Below are positions 1-13,130 of a stretch of DNA of 64,000 bases, piece by piece (position 1 is the stretch's first letter; every line of letters begins with the position of its first letter). The notes under the pieces were generated by a model. That model was not told the origin of the DNA and did not search any database. It was given only the letters and a program-made list of their open reading frames with translations. The stretch comes from the human T2T-CHM13v2.0 reference genome, Homo sapiens: the NCBI RefSeq assembly GCF_009914755.1, contig NC_060938.1, one strand, 5' to 3'. The position numbers were made by a program, and so were the translations under genes.

Positions 1-50
1 ATTAGGTCCTTGGGCACAAAAATGGAGGCAGGCATGTGCCATTTAACATG

Positions 51-575
51 TGTGTTAGGGTTCTCCAGAGAAACAGAGCTAATAGGAGAGAGAAAGAGAG
101 ATAGACAGATAAGAGGAGACTTATTATGGGAATTGGCTCATGTGATGATGAAAGCTGAGAAACTCCATAATCTGCAGTCTGCAAGCTGGAGAACCAGAAG
201 AGCTGGTGGTTTAACTCAGTCTGAAGGCCTGAGAACCAGGGGAGTTGATGGTGTAACTAACTCCCAAGAACCAGGAGCTCCAATATCCCAGGGGAGGAGG
301 AGGTGGATGTCCTTGCTCAAGAAGAGAGAGAGTGAATTCCCCCTTTCCCCATCTTTTTGTCATATTCACCTTTTCATTGTATTCAGGCAGGCCCTCAACA
401 GATTGGGTGGTGTCCGCCCACATTGGTGAGGGCAGATGTACTTGACTCAGTCTACCAATTCAAATGCCAGTTTCTTCTGAATACACCCTGAAAGACTCAT
501 CCAGAAATAAAGTTTTAATAGACATTTGGGTATCCCTTAACCCAGTTCAACTGACACATAAAATTAACCATCACA
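51..575 (-). mobile_element. MLT2B-type solo LTR (ERVL)
   Basis: Starts TGTGTTAGGGTTCTCCAGAGAAACAG and ends AAATTAACCATCACA (reverse complement of the MLT2 consensus start); near-TSD ACATG/ATATG. Confidence 0.85.
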
Positions 576-819
576 ATATGCTTCACATATGTTTTTAAAA
601 TAGCTTAATTTTTTGTCTATAAGTCTTGTACATGGGTAGTGGTTGAGTTAGTATCTTATCCCTTGAGTTTGCCAACCCCTTGGATAGGGTCAGTGTCTTG
701 GGTTCTCTGAATGGCATTTAACACATGGTCACAAAAACCTTGGTCTGAAGAACTTTATAATGATAAAGTTCAAGGTACTTTGGTGTCTTGAGGAACTCCC
801 TGGACTGTGAGGCAGAGAC

Positions 820-967
820 TCGCTTGGCTCTAGTCCTGGTGCTGGATCTAACTGGCTGCCATTGTGGGGCTCCCCTAAAGATAAAGGAACTCAGTTTCCT
901 CATCTGTGAAATGTGAGGATGGAATTCATCACCATGTCCCCTCCCAGCTCTAAACTTCTCTGAGTCT
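820..967 (+). mobile_element. MIR fragment
   Basis: MIR core CTCAGTTTCCTCATCTGTGAAATG. Confidence 0.6.
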
Positions 968-1353
968 TGTTTTTCCCTGCTCTGTATCCTCCACTTTCTG
1001 GCATGTTTTTTATATTTACTATTATAAATGTGTCCCTATTTTATAAGTTGTTACAGCACGAGAGAGAGGTAAGGAATAGTTAACAAAATTGTATTCTGAG
1101 TAGCCTAATATTCTTTTTTTTTTCCTGCTAAACTTCTTTTTCCTCACCTTCTCCTAACATTTTTGTGGGGGTGGGTGGACTGGTGGGTGACTGTAGTGAT
1201 ATTGATATTCAGAGAGGAGTGAAAAATGCAAAATTGCAAGGTTAACAACAGATGGTTATATGGTGCCATTTTAGGAGTGTTATTAAAAGAACAAATCTAT
1301 TTTCCTGAATAGTAGGATGTCTTAAGTGTTTAGGCTTAAATCTACTGTTGAAA

Positions 1354-1417
1354 TAGAAAAAGAGGAGGAAGAGGAGGAGGAGAGGAGGAGGGGAAGGAGG
1401 AGGAGGGGGAGGAAAAG
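1354..1417. repeat. (GGA)n-rich polypurine low-complexity tract
   Basis: About 60 bp of only G/A. Confidence 0.9.
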
Positions 1418-1853
1418 TCAAGGAAACACTTAGAACATTTTTGCATGATCTCAATTTTCTTCTTGTTCCAAGGTTTTTAATTTGGACAGTGGTATGTGCT
1501 TCAGATTGAATGCAAGGAAATTTGTTGCACCATTTGCCTGACAGTTATCATTTTCCTTGACGAAAAGTTTTTCTGAATCTTGCTTTGCTGGAGCTACCTC
1601 TTCCCTTGCCCTGAATAACCTCACTTGCTTAAGTCATCGATGCAGTGGACTGACACCACCTTTCTCTTAAGGAATTACCCTGTTCTCTGGGTAGGTCTAA
1701 TTTACACTCCCACTATCACCCAAAGAAGAGACACTCTCTATATTGATAACTAGAAAGAAGGAACTGAGACTGTTGTCCAAGGACATCTTATCTTTAGCAT
1801 AGAGCGAATATGTGGTTTATGGTAGGTGTTCAACAAACTTAAAAAAAAAAACT

Positions 1854-2215
1854 TGTATTAGTCTGCTCTCATGCTGCTGAATAAAGACATATCGAAGACT
1901 GGGTAATTTAAAAGGAAAGAGGTTTAATGGATTCACAGTTCCACATGGCTGGGGAGGCCTCACAGTCATGACAGAAGGCAAAAGTCACGTCTTATATGGC
2001 AGCAGGCAAGAGAGAATGAGAGCCAAGTAAAAGGAGAAACCCCTTATAAAACCGTAAGATTTCACGAGACTTACTCATTTCCATGAGAACAGTATTGGGG
2101 AAATCACTCCCCATGACTCAGTTACCTCCCACTGGGTCCCTCCCACAAGACGTGGGAATTATGAGAGCTACAATTCAAGATGAGATTTGGGTAGGGACAC
2201 AGCCAAACCATATCA
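1854..2215 (-). mobile_element. THE1 (C/D-like) solo LTR, ERVL-MaLR
   Basis: TGTATTAGTC...GGGACACAGCCAAACCATATCA termini; perfect 5-bp TSD AAACT. Confidence 0.92.
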
Positions 2216-2794
2216 AAACTTAATCAAAAATAATTGAAATGTCAGGAAATAGAGAAACTTATTGAGCTTTTTTAGGGAAGTGGTCTTTGAACCTGTTTTG
2301 CTCTGCCCACTGGAGTATGCTGTCCATCAAATTGTTAGTTCAGTGAATTATGGTACAAACACTCAGTTACATTAATATGACTATTTTCTTGTATGCTAAT
2401 TTGAGAACCTACTCCCTGGAGATATGTTATCCCATGTAATTTCCAAGTGAAATGGAGAGAGGATGCCTTAGACTGTTACTTCTCATGTTTTTCATTGCAA
2501 TCTTCCTCAGTGCCCCTCTCTATAATCCCAATCCTATACATTTTTAAACAAAGGAAAGCCACTCAGATCACAGTAGCTCATGGACATTGGTGAGAAACGT
2601 GAGGAAATGTAGAGGATCCCCAAATTCTCACACATAAACTAAGGTGCAGCCACTGGGTATCAAGCAAGGTTTCCTCACTGGTTTAATGACTCCAGTTTTC
2701 CACATTGACATTTGTGCTGGGAGCCTTACATATATGATTTTGTAAAACCCTTTCTGCAGCCCTTCATGGTAGGTAGCAGAATATTTAACCCTAT

Positions 2795-3615
2795 TGTAAG
2801 AGACAGGAGAAACCAAACTGCTTTTTCTATTCTCACCCGCCATTCTACACAGTTCTCCAGCAGAATCCCACTGGATGTCCTATAGTTTGGCCCGGTTCTA
2901 ACACTGTCTACCTGGAGATAGCCTCAGATCTCACAGGTAAAGGGCTCAGCCCCACAAGACTGCCCTTCACTTAAAATGCCAATCGCAAGTCCCAGATTGT
3001 GGTCTGTACTTCTGAGCAACTGGCCATAAATTGGGGGTTCCCCCAGGCCCTTTGTCATGTTTGATTAATTTGCTAGAGTGGCTCACAGAACTCAGGGAAA
3101 TGCTTTACTTGCTACTGCCCATTTATCACAAAGGATTTTTTAAAGATACAAGTGGACAGCCAGATGAAGAGATAGATGCATAGAACATGGTTTGGAAGCA
3201 TCCTGAGTGCAGGAGCTTCTGTCCCCATGGAATTGGGGAACACTACCCTTTGGGCACATGGATGACATGCATGTGTTTTTGTTCACAAACTGAGAAGCTC
3301 TCTGAACCCAGTCCTTTTGGGTTTTTATGGAGGCTTCATCACATAGGCACAATTGTTTAAATCATTTACATAAATATGATTGATCAACTCTTCCCTCTCA
3401 GATGTTGAAGGTGGGACTGAGAGTCCCAGCCCTCTAATCATATGGTTGGTTCCCCTGGCAACCAACCCCCATCCTGAGGCTATCCAGGAGCCCCCAGCCA
3501 CAAGTCACCCTAATACTATACAAAAGGACGCTTATTTTGGAGATTCCAAGGGTTTTAGGAGTTGTGTGCCAGGGATGAAGACCAAATATATCTTATTATA
3601 AATCACAATATCACA
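2795..3615 (-). mobile_element. MER21-family solo LTR
   Basis: Ends TTATAAATCACAATATCACA; internal ACTGTCTACCTGGAGATAGC-TCAGATC motif; perfect TSD CCTAT. Confidence 0.85.
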
Positions 3616-3945
3616 CCTATTATAAAGCACTACATATAAAGTTTACACTCCAAGAATAAAAGATACAAATATGGAATCTTCAAATGCCAAGGGCCTACTG
3701 GATACTGTGAATGACAATATAAGCTACATCACCTGTTATTGAAAACCAGAATGCAAGTGTAAACTTGACCAGGGAACCTGCGGAGATGGAGAAGTTTGAC
3801 ACCTCTCCAGCAGCATCATAGAAATGAACATCATGAGCGCATTGAGGGGGAGGGTTAATGTCTTCATCGTTCTTCCTCTGGTAGAATTATATTTGCATCC
3901 TTCCTGGTGGAAACTTGATACTTCACTGTAGTGCACCTGTACCTG

Positions 3946-3971
<26 letters not shown>
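3946..3971. repeat. poly(T)26
   Basis: Direct observation. Confidence 0.95.
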
Positions 3972-3976
<5 letters not shown>

Positions 3977-4057
3977 CTTGGAGGGAGAGTTCTTCTATCT
4001 CAGAAGATAGAAGAAATAGCTGGAAACTCTATATTCCTGTGCCCTAGCACAGGAGAC

Positions 4058-4551
4058 CAGGGGTCTCCAACTGGTCTGTGGCCTTTTAGGAACTGGACCA
4101 CACAGCAGGAGGTGAGCAGTGGGCGAGTAAGCAAAGCTTCATCTGTATTTACAGTGACTCCCCATCACTCATATTTCCACCTGAGTTCTGCGTCCTATCA
4201 GATCAGCAGCAGCATTAGATTCTCATTGGAGCACAAGCCCTGTTGTGAACTGCATATGTGAGGAATCTAGGATGTGTGCTCCTTATGAGAATCTAATGCC
4301 TGATGATCTGTCACTGTCTCCCATCACCCCCAGATGGGACTGTCTACAGATGGGACTGTCTAGTTGCAGAAAAACAAGCTCAGGGCTACCACCGATTTGA
4401 TACTATGGTGAGTATGTAATGATAATAAAGCGTACAATAAATGTAATGTATTTGAATCAGCCCAAAGTCACCCCCACCGACCCACCCAGTCCATGGAAAA
4501 ATTGTCTTCCATGAAACCAGTCCCTGCTGCCAAAAAAGTTGGGGACTGTTG
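4058..4551 (+). mobile_element. MER1A (hAT-Charlie non-autonomous DNA transposon)
   Basis: TIRs CAGGGGTCTCCAAC / GTTGGGGACTGTTG; internal TATGAGAATCTAATGCCTGATGATCTG; 8-bp TSD CCCTAGCA at 4042-4049 and 4552-4559. Confidence 0.9.
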
Positions 4552-4559
4552 CCCTAGCA

Positions 4560-4884
4560 GGTAGAGCAAGGGTATTTCACTTAGGCTTGACCAATCGAAT
4601 GCCTTCATTCTGGATTTTGGATCTGGGAGAAGTCTTGCAGAGACGAAGCAACATTTGAGAAGGGTTTTAAGGCTAGTTTGAGTTTAGTGTGCTGGTCCTG
4701 GCTGCCATGCATTGAGCAGATAGTTCCTGTGGTAAGACCTGCTGCCCAAGCCACCCTTGGTTTCTGCCTAGTTTTCTAACACTTCTGTCAATTCTCCATT
4801 CTTGAATAGTCTTCTAATATAGGCCTTTTCTGCTTTAGGTAGCCAGACAGAACTGTTCCTTGCAACCAGTGACTGTCTAATTCA
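4560..4884 (+). mobile_element. Old ERVL LTR remnant (LTR33/LTR16-like)
   Basis: 3' end CCTTTTCTGCTTTAGGTAGCCAGA...TTGCAACCA resembles old ERVL LTR ends; highly diverged. Confidence 0.45.
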
Positions 4885-5821
4885 GTCACTTAATGTTTTG
4901 TAGCTTTGTTCAGTTACTGGGCACAACCCACTTTCTGCTCAGGCGGCTTGGAGACAGCCATGGGCCATATGAATCGCTATTATTTTAACTTTCATAGTAA
5001 GAACTTGCTCCATGTGGGAAAGCATAATTATTTTGGTTTCTGAGTTTAATAAGCAGAAAGCAAAGAAGAAAAAAAATACTGTTTGCACTGAGCATTAAAA
5101 TATAAGGAAGTAAAGTTGTTTATAGATAGAGTTTCAGCTAAGCACCAAAGGTTTATTTATATTTTTTGCCATTTATATTTTCTGCCTAGTTCTGCCTAGG
5201 AACCAGGGAAATCCATGGCAAGGAGAAAATAAAGCATCAAAGAGGATGAAAATGTTGAATAAAGTATTAGAACCCAGAACACTTAAATCTTTAACATCCA
5301 TAGTAAGAGTCCTTCACATTACTCAGGCAGACTTTTTTTTTTTCCACCTCTTGGTATTCTGTGCCTACACTTGCATGTTTAAATAACGATTTAAAAATCA
5401 CATGAGAAATGATCAGGCTTTCTTTTTCCCACTTGACTCTCAGTTATTTCAATTCTTTGAGACTTGTTAAAGAAACCGTTTAGTGTTGTAAATGCCACCA
5501 AGTCTCTACCTAGTAGAGATTAGAAATCCTCTCACCAATTCCAAGTTAAAAAGGTCCTGACATATTTTGATGGAATTGGCCCATGTTCTCATTTACCAGT
5601 GACCAGCTCATCTCCATGCTATGATGCTCCCCAGGAAATGTGCATGGTTTTTGTAGAAGGTGGCGAGAAGCTTCATGGGCACCAGCATCCACAACCCACT
5701 TCTTGAAAAACAAAATCAGATTTATATTTAGCTGACCACCTGGCAAGATCTCCTGTAGGAAGAGAAGGAACTATACCCCTATTACTATTTCAGCTTTTAT
5801 TCACAAAGTCTTTATATTTGA

Positions 5822-6010
5822 AAAATGCTTTATAATCATTTTAATTAGTGGTTTCTCACCAAAGCCCTGGATGTGGTATTATTGGCACCATTTTCTGAGA
5901 AGACCGTGTGCCATTGAGATGGAATTGACACAAGATGTTAATGGGTTAGAAGCTGGTACTAGAATCAGAATGATAGGCCATAGGACTCAGCAAGCCATGC
6001 TATTTACTGT
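5822..6010 (-). mobile_element. MIR fragment (diverged)
   Basis: GGTATTATTGGCACCATTTT...GCTGGTACTAGAATCAG pattern. Confidence 0.45.
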
Positions 6011-8379
6011 CATCTTAGAGGGCTAGGTAGGGTGGAGGGAAGGAGTTGATGACTGATTGTTATAAGTGAAAAGGGCAGCAGTGACCCAAAACACCATTGC
6101 AAATGTTAACAGAGGCCTGTTACAGAGTTAAAGCTGGGTTTTCCAAAACAACACATCTGAGTAAAAGCGCCCTTGGTACATTAGCCAGTATGGAGCCAGC
6201 ACCTGAGATCACACTGTGTTTGCCCCTTTCTGCAATGGCTATTGGTGCTGGTTGCTTGTCTTGGCCTAAGAGTTTTCAGCTGGGCTTTTGAGCAAGCTGC
6301 ATCTTGAATCTGAGGATGCGGGCAAGCCAGGCACAGAACTGTGAGGGTCCTTGCAATGGGCTGCTGGTGTTCCTGTCATTCATAAGCTTGGACTTGGTCC
6401 CCACTGTGTTTGATTTGGGAGAGGTTCTTTGACCATACAACTCTTACCGTGTAAATGTGCTACAATCCTTGTCAAGACATAGCAAACTATATTTGAACAT
6501 TGTTTTACCATTTACTGTTGTGTGCATGTGGGCCATATTTTCCTAGTCAGATGGTGAGTTCTGTGAGGGCAAAGGCTGAGTCATTCTCTATTTACATTTT
6601 AAGTAGGCATCCAGAGACTTGGTTATATTCTGAGTCTGTATTATTGATCAAAGCCCTCACCTGGAGTTTCTGGGGCCATTCACTGACCCAGAATCTGGTG
6701 ACATTGACACAGGGAGGGAATAACATCCAGCTACAGATGGTTAACACAGGTCTTTAGTGCCCCAATCCCCATTTTGCTGACTCATCTATGCCTCAAGAAC
6801 TCCAATCTTCATGCAGATTCTGTTGCCCTTGAGTACTCAGTTCTGTCTCTTCTGCATACCTCTGTGGAGCCTTGGATCCTGTCAGACTCTTCGTGTTGCT
6901 GAAGTTCTCAGTCCTCTCTCTCAGCCGAGTGTAATAGTGCCCCAGTGGGCACTGTAGGGACAGAACTGAGTTTCTTCTTTTCTTTTAGGAGTTGATTCTC
7001 TCCGGGTAATATCTGGAGCTCTCTAAAGTTTCAGAGAGAAATACGTTCCTTATAAACCTTGTGGTTGTCATGCTGGTGACTCCTTGAGCCTGTCCTGTGC
7101 TGGACCGTGAGGAAGGACACAAGGCCATCCAGACTCCTGGACTCACAGTGATTTCTTGTCCTCCCCAAAGATGCCTTTGCCTGGTGCACTCTTTAATAGC
7201 CCATCACTTCTTGCTGGCTGTGTCCCCAGCTGAGTTCCTCCAGGATATGGCATCAACTCTGAACACATCTCTGTATATTCCCTCTTAGGACCATAAGATT
7301 CATGTTAAACTTAGTGCCAGAAATAACCTTGGGTAGCCATGTTCCTTATGGTTCCTTAGATTACATTCCTAGATTACACATTTTACATTAAAAAAAAAAA
7401 AACAAAACCCAAAGCACCTAGAACCGTGCTGGATTCTTGATAAATGCTTGTATCCATTAAATACATATTGAAGTAACTTCTACTCCAGTGACCCCTCTCT
7501 TGAGGCTTACTGTTTACCTCCTCACTTTGGGGAGCTACCCAGCCAGGACCTTCTGAGAGAGAAAAGTGGTATATTTAGTAGTCACCAGATAGTTACTGTT
7601 AACGGTGCTGAGTTCTTAAAAAAACCTGTTAATTGTACTAGCTTAAGACTAAAGTATATGTTCCTCTCCTCGTAGAGTGATGATGATGGTTTTATAAATA
7701 CTGGTTGGATAGCACTGTAATTAATGGGCACACCAGCTTTTATTTTGGTAACAATGTATTCTTATACCACATTTAAGAGGTTTCTCTTTCCTGTGGTCAT
7801 AAAGTGATTAAAAAAAAAAAGAGAGGAGAGAGATGACATCCTTTTTAATAAGGCATCCCAAGCAGTCTAAGTACCTATGAATTATAAATGAAAACTTTTC
7901 AGTGATTAAAATAAATATACCAATGCAGTCCCCTTCTCTGCGTCATTGCTTCGCCAGGCCTGCATGAAAATCACTCAGAGGAAGTCCCAAGGGGCCCTGA
8001 GATCATTTGCATCTGTTCCATGTGTTTCTCTGATTTATATCAGAGTGCATCAAGGGCAGTGGCCTTCCAGCTGGTTTGGGAAGAGGGATTCTTTTATCCA
8101 GAGGAGGCATCAGCTGATGGTCAGTTAGGGCTCTGGAGTGCAGCTCCATGTAAACAACTAGCCTTTGTAGTAATGGCCATATAATATAACCTAGTCCATG
8201 TTTTGTTCCCTCAAGAACCAATTTACAACATTTAATGTTCAAGGATGGTTCCATTCCTTTCTTTGTTTACACAGGTGAGGCTTTATTTAGTAGTGGGAAG
8301 TGAAGGGCAGATGGTTTAAGGGGTTCTTAATGCTGCAGGAGAGGCCCATAAACTGAAGTATCCAAGAAAATCCATTCTA

Positions 8380-8916
<537 letters not shown>

Positions 8917-10242
8917 CTACACTCCATTTACCTTTTATTTGTTGTTAATTAAATAACATTAATTTTTGTTGTAGGATTATACGTAAGAAACTATTGGCCT
9001 TTTGCTGATTGTGCTGGAATTTAAAAGTTGTAGGGATTGTGGGCCATTGTTCTAAAATGGCTCATTTTGCCAAACATGATTAATGGCTTTTGGGGTGCAG
9101 TTTATGTCAAGGCAAAATTAGTGGACACTTCAGCAAACTGGAATGTGGTTCTGAGCTAAGGGGATATTCACTTAGCCATTCCTAGACCTTTCTTCTATCA
9201 GAACACGTCTTTAAGGTTGAATATCCAACATTTTCAAACATTTTAGTCTTAAATTCTACCTTTAGAGTATTATTGATGGTCTGATTAGATAATGAAATAA
9301 ATTTTCTCTCAGCAATGTCTGTAATAAAACATAATGCAGGAAAGATAGCATTTAATAAAATATTTGTTTAATGTTAATAATATTTATTACCATCAGATTA
9401 GAATCAAGTTAACATCAAATTAGTAAGAGATATGTCAGTCACAGGACTTGTAGGGATGCGAGAAAAAGACCACCAGAGAAACTGAAGAAACAACTGGAAT
9501 CATCTTTGAAGAATTTCAAACTCATCATTGAGACATTGGCGAGACTGGGAAAATTATTTCTGAATCTTGAAAGAATGATGCCCCAAGACCAGATCATTTA
9601 ACCATTATGTGTCTGGAGAGCCATCATGCTTCCTGGTATATTTACTGTGGAAAACCCTGACTCTCAAAAATTAAAGGAAAATTACAACTGTAATAAATTG
9701 GCCTGAATTGCATGGATTCATAAGACCACTCTCTTTCCATTTCTTCCTACTTAATGTTGTTTTCACATAGTGATCACTTAGCAGAGTTTGGGAATAATAA
9801 CTGGCAAAAAAGCTAAAATTCTTAGTCCCTAAAGGAAAAGTTTGCAAACTTATTATTTAATGTTTTAAAACCCCTTTCCCCCGATGAATGTTACCCTGTC
9901 CCTAGGAGAAGCTTCTCTTTCATGAGTTCATAGATCAACAGTGGAAAGATGATTGTATTTTTGAGCCTTGAGGTTCAACTTTTTCTCTTCTAAGTCTTTT
10001 ATTCTGCAAGAGCCCTTTTGAATGATTTAAAATGGCATTCTCCATTTATTCGTATTTATCGAAAATCTATTTGGAGCAAGGTATTACATTTAAAGACAGA
10101 GAAGAAATGGTTCATCCACTCAGCTAATATTTATTGTGTGTACACTATGTAGCTACAAGCTGGGAACAGAGTGGAGAGCAAAAGAAGACACCATTCCTGC
10201 TCTTCTACAGTTGAGTCTGGTAGAGGAGACATTCATGATTCA

Positions 10243-11277
10243 TTTTTTTTTTTTTTTGAAGCGGTATAACCACCCAGTGGGTTCACATTGCCTGCTGCCT
10301 TCACAGAGCCAATGTATCGAGACAGGGGAATTGCAGTGAAGAAAGAGTAATTCACACAGAGCCAGCTGTGCAGGAATGAGAGTTTTATTATTACTGAAAT
10401 CAGTCTCCTGAAGCATTCAGGGATCAGAGTTTTTAAAGATAATTTGGCAGGTAGGGGCTCAGGAAGCGAGGAGTGATGATTGGTCAGGTTGGAGATGGAA
10501 TCATAGAGGGGTCGAAGTGAGTTTTTCTTGCTGTCTATGTTCCTGGGTGGAATGGCAGAATTGGTTGAGCCACATTACTGGTCTGGGTGGTGTCAGCTGA
10601 TCCATGGAGTGCAGAGTCTGCAAAATATCTCAAGAACTGATGTTAGGTTTTACAATAGTGATGTTATCCCCAGGAGCAATTTGGGGAGGTTCAGACTCTT
10701 GGAGCCAGAGGCTGCATGACCCCTAAACTGTAATTTCTAATCTTGTAGCTAATTTGTTAGTACTGCAAAGGCAGACTGGTCCCTAGGCAAGAAGGGGGTC
10801 TACGTGGGAAAGGGCTGCTAGCAATTTTGCTTCAGAGTCAAACCATGGACAGAATTCCTTCCCAAAGTTAGTTCAGCCTACGCCCAAGAATGAACAAGGA
10901 CAGCTTAAAGGATAGAAACAAGATGGAGTAGGTTAGGTCTGATTTCTTTCACCATCATAATTTCCTCAGTTAAAATTTTGTAAAGGTGGTTTCAATGGAG
11001 CCTCACTCTGTTGCCCAGGTTGGAGCGTACTGGTTCCATCTCAGCTTACTGCAACCTCTACCTCCTGGGTTCAAGCGATTCTTGTGTCTCAGCCTCCCAA
11101 GTAGGTAGGATTACAGGCATCTGCCACCACACTGGGCTAATTTTTTTGTGGATTTTTAGTAGAGATGGGGTTTCACCATGTTGGCCAGGCTGATCTCAAA
11201 CTTCTGACCTCAAGTGATCCACCTGCCTTGGCCTCCCAAAATGCTGGGATTACAGGTGTGAACCACCACGCCCAGCC
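10243..11277 (-). mobile_element. AluS (Sz-like) split by an LTR8 insertion
   Basis: Poly-T tail at 10243-10257; Alu body at 10995-11277. Confidence 0.9.
10265..10994 (-). mobile_element. LTR8-family solo LTR (ERV1)
   Basis: Ends AATTTTGTAAAGGTGGTTTCA (reverse complement of the LTR8 start TGAAACCGCCTTTGCAAAATT); degenerate 4-bp TSD GCGG/ATGG. Confidence 0.85.
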
Positions 11278-11443
11278 ATGAATCTTTAGATTACTCAAGT
11301 AAATGTAAAATTATAAGTGTGGTAAATGACAGGAGATGTATAGTAGAGGAATCTCATCTGTCTAGGGATAAAGGGCTCCCCTGTGGAAGTGATATTTAAG
11401 GGAAGATTAAAGGATTAAGAACAATTAATTTGGGAAGGGATGG

Positions 11444-13130
11444 TGTCTTAGTCTGTTCTCTGTTACCTGAGACTGAGTAATTTATTTTAAAAACTCAGAA
11501 ATTTATTTTTTACGGTTCCAGAGGCTAAGAAGTCCAAAGTTAATGGGCTGTCATTTGGCAAGAACCTTCTTGCTCTATCATCTCATGGTGGAGGGCAGGA
11601 AAGCAAGAGAGCACACATGCCACAGAGAGCAACAGAGGGCCAAACTCACTTTTATAACAAGCCCAGTCTTATGATACAAACCTACTCTCACAATAATGAC
11701 ATCAATCCATTCATGAGGGCTCTGCCCTCATGACCTAACCACCTCTAAGTTCTACCTCTCAACACTCTTGCATTGGGGGTTAAGTTTCCAACTCATGAAC
11801 TTCAGAGGACACATTCAAATCATAGCATTCTGCCTCTGGTATTCAAAATTCACATTCTTCTCACATGTAAAATATATTTATTTCATACCAATTGCTCTAA
11901 AAATCTTAACTCATTCCAACATCAGCTTAAAAGTCCAAAGTCCATAGTCTCATCTAAATCAGATATGTGTGAGACTCAAGGCATGATTCACCCTGAGGCA
12001 AATTCCCCTCCAGCTGTGAGCCTGTGAAATTAAACAATTTATCTATTTTTGATACAATGGTGAGACAGGCATAGGATAGCCATTCTTATTCCAAAATGGA
12101 GAAATAGGCAAGAAAAAAAGAGTAACTAGTCCCAAGTGAGTTCAAAACCCAACAGGAAAAACAACATAAAGTCGTAAATCTGGAGAATAATCTCCACACC
12201 CTTAATATTGTCTCCCAAACATGCTTTTTTCATTCTTTACATGGCCAGGCTGAAAATTTTCAAAACTTTTACTTTCTTCTTCCCTTTTAGTTACAAATTT
12301 GTCTTTAAATCATTTCCTTCTTATTTTACTGTAAGTGGCTGAAAGAAGCCATGCAGCACCTTCAACTTTGCTACTTAGGCATTTGCTACTTAGCCTAGTT
12401 CATCACTCTTAAGTTCTGCCTTCCATAAAGTCCTAGGACATAGACACAATTCCACCAAGTTTGTAACTGTATCACAAGGATGGCCTTTACTCCAGTTTCC
12501 AATACACTGTTCCTCAGATCCATCTGAGACTTCATCAGGATGGCCATTACTGTCCATGTTTCTACCAACATACTGATCATGACGTCTTAAGTAACCTCTA
12601 GGAAATCCCAGTTTCTCTGCAGTTCTTTTCTTCCTCTGAGTTCTCACCAGAATCACCCTTAATGCCCCATTCATGACAATCTATGCTTCTTAAAATCTTG
12701 CTCCTCCAAATTCTTCCAGCCTCTACCTATTACTAAATTCCAAAGCTTCTTCCGTGTTTTCAGGTATTTGTTACTGTAATAAACCCTCTTCTCGATACCA
12801 ATTTTTTGTCTTAGTTTATTTTGTGCTGTTTATAACAGAATACCAGAGACTGGGTAATTTATAAAGAAAAGAAAGCCAGCGTCTGGCAAGAACCTTCTTG
12901 CTGCATGATCCTGTGGCAGAAGGCAGAAGGGCAAGAGAACATGTGCACAAGAGAGAACAAAAGAGGGCCGAACTCACTTTTATAACAAACCACTCTTGCA
13001 ATAATGACATTAATCTATTCATGAGCCCTCATGACCTAATTGCCTGTTAAAGGTCCCACTTCCCAACACTGTTGCATGGGGATTAGGTTTCCAGCACATA
13101 AACTTTGGAGAACACATTCAAATCGTAGCA
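11444..13130 (-). mobile_element. Two-LTR MaLR provirus (MSTC/MSTD-type): LTR 11444-11827, internal 11828-12806, LTR 12807-13130
   Basis: Two homologous direct LTRs TGTCTTAGT...ACACATTCAAATC(A/G)TAGCA; MaLR internal sequence between them; TSD GATGG/CATGG. Confidence 0.9.

Noticed and set aside
10-429. 139-aa ORF
   Set aside because: Lies almost wholly in the antisense strand of an MLT2 LTR and shows no protein-family features.
12390-12674. ORFs in the MaLR internal region
   Set aside because: Short decayed remnants of the MaLR internal ORF with no intact gag or pol.
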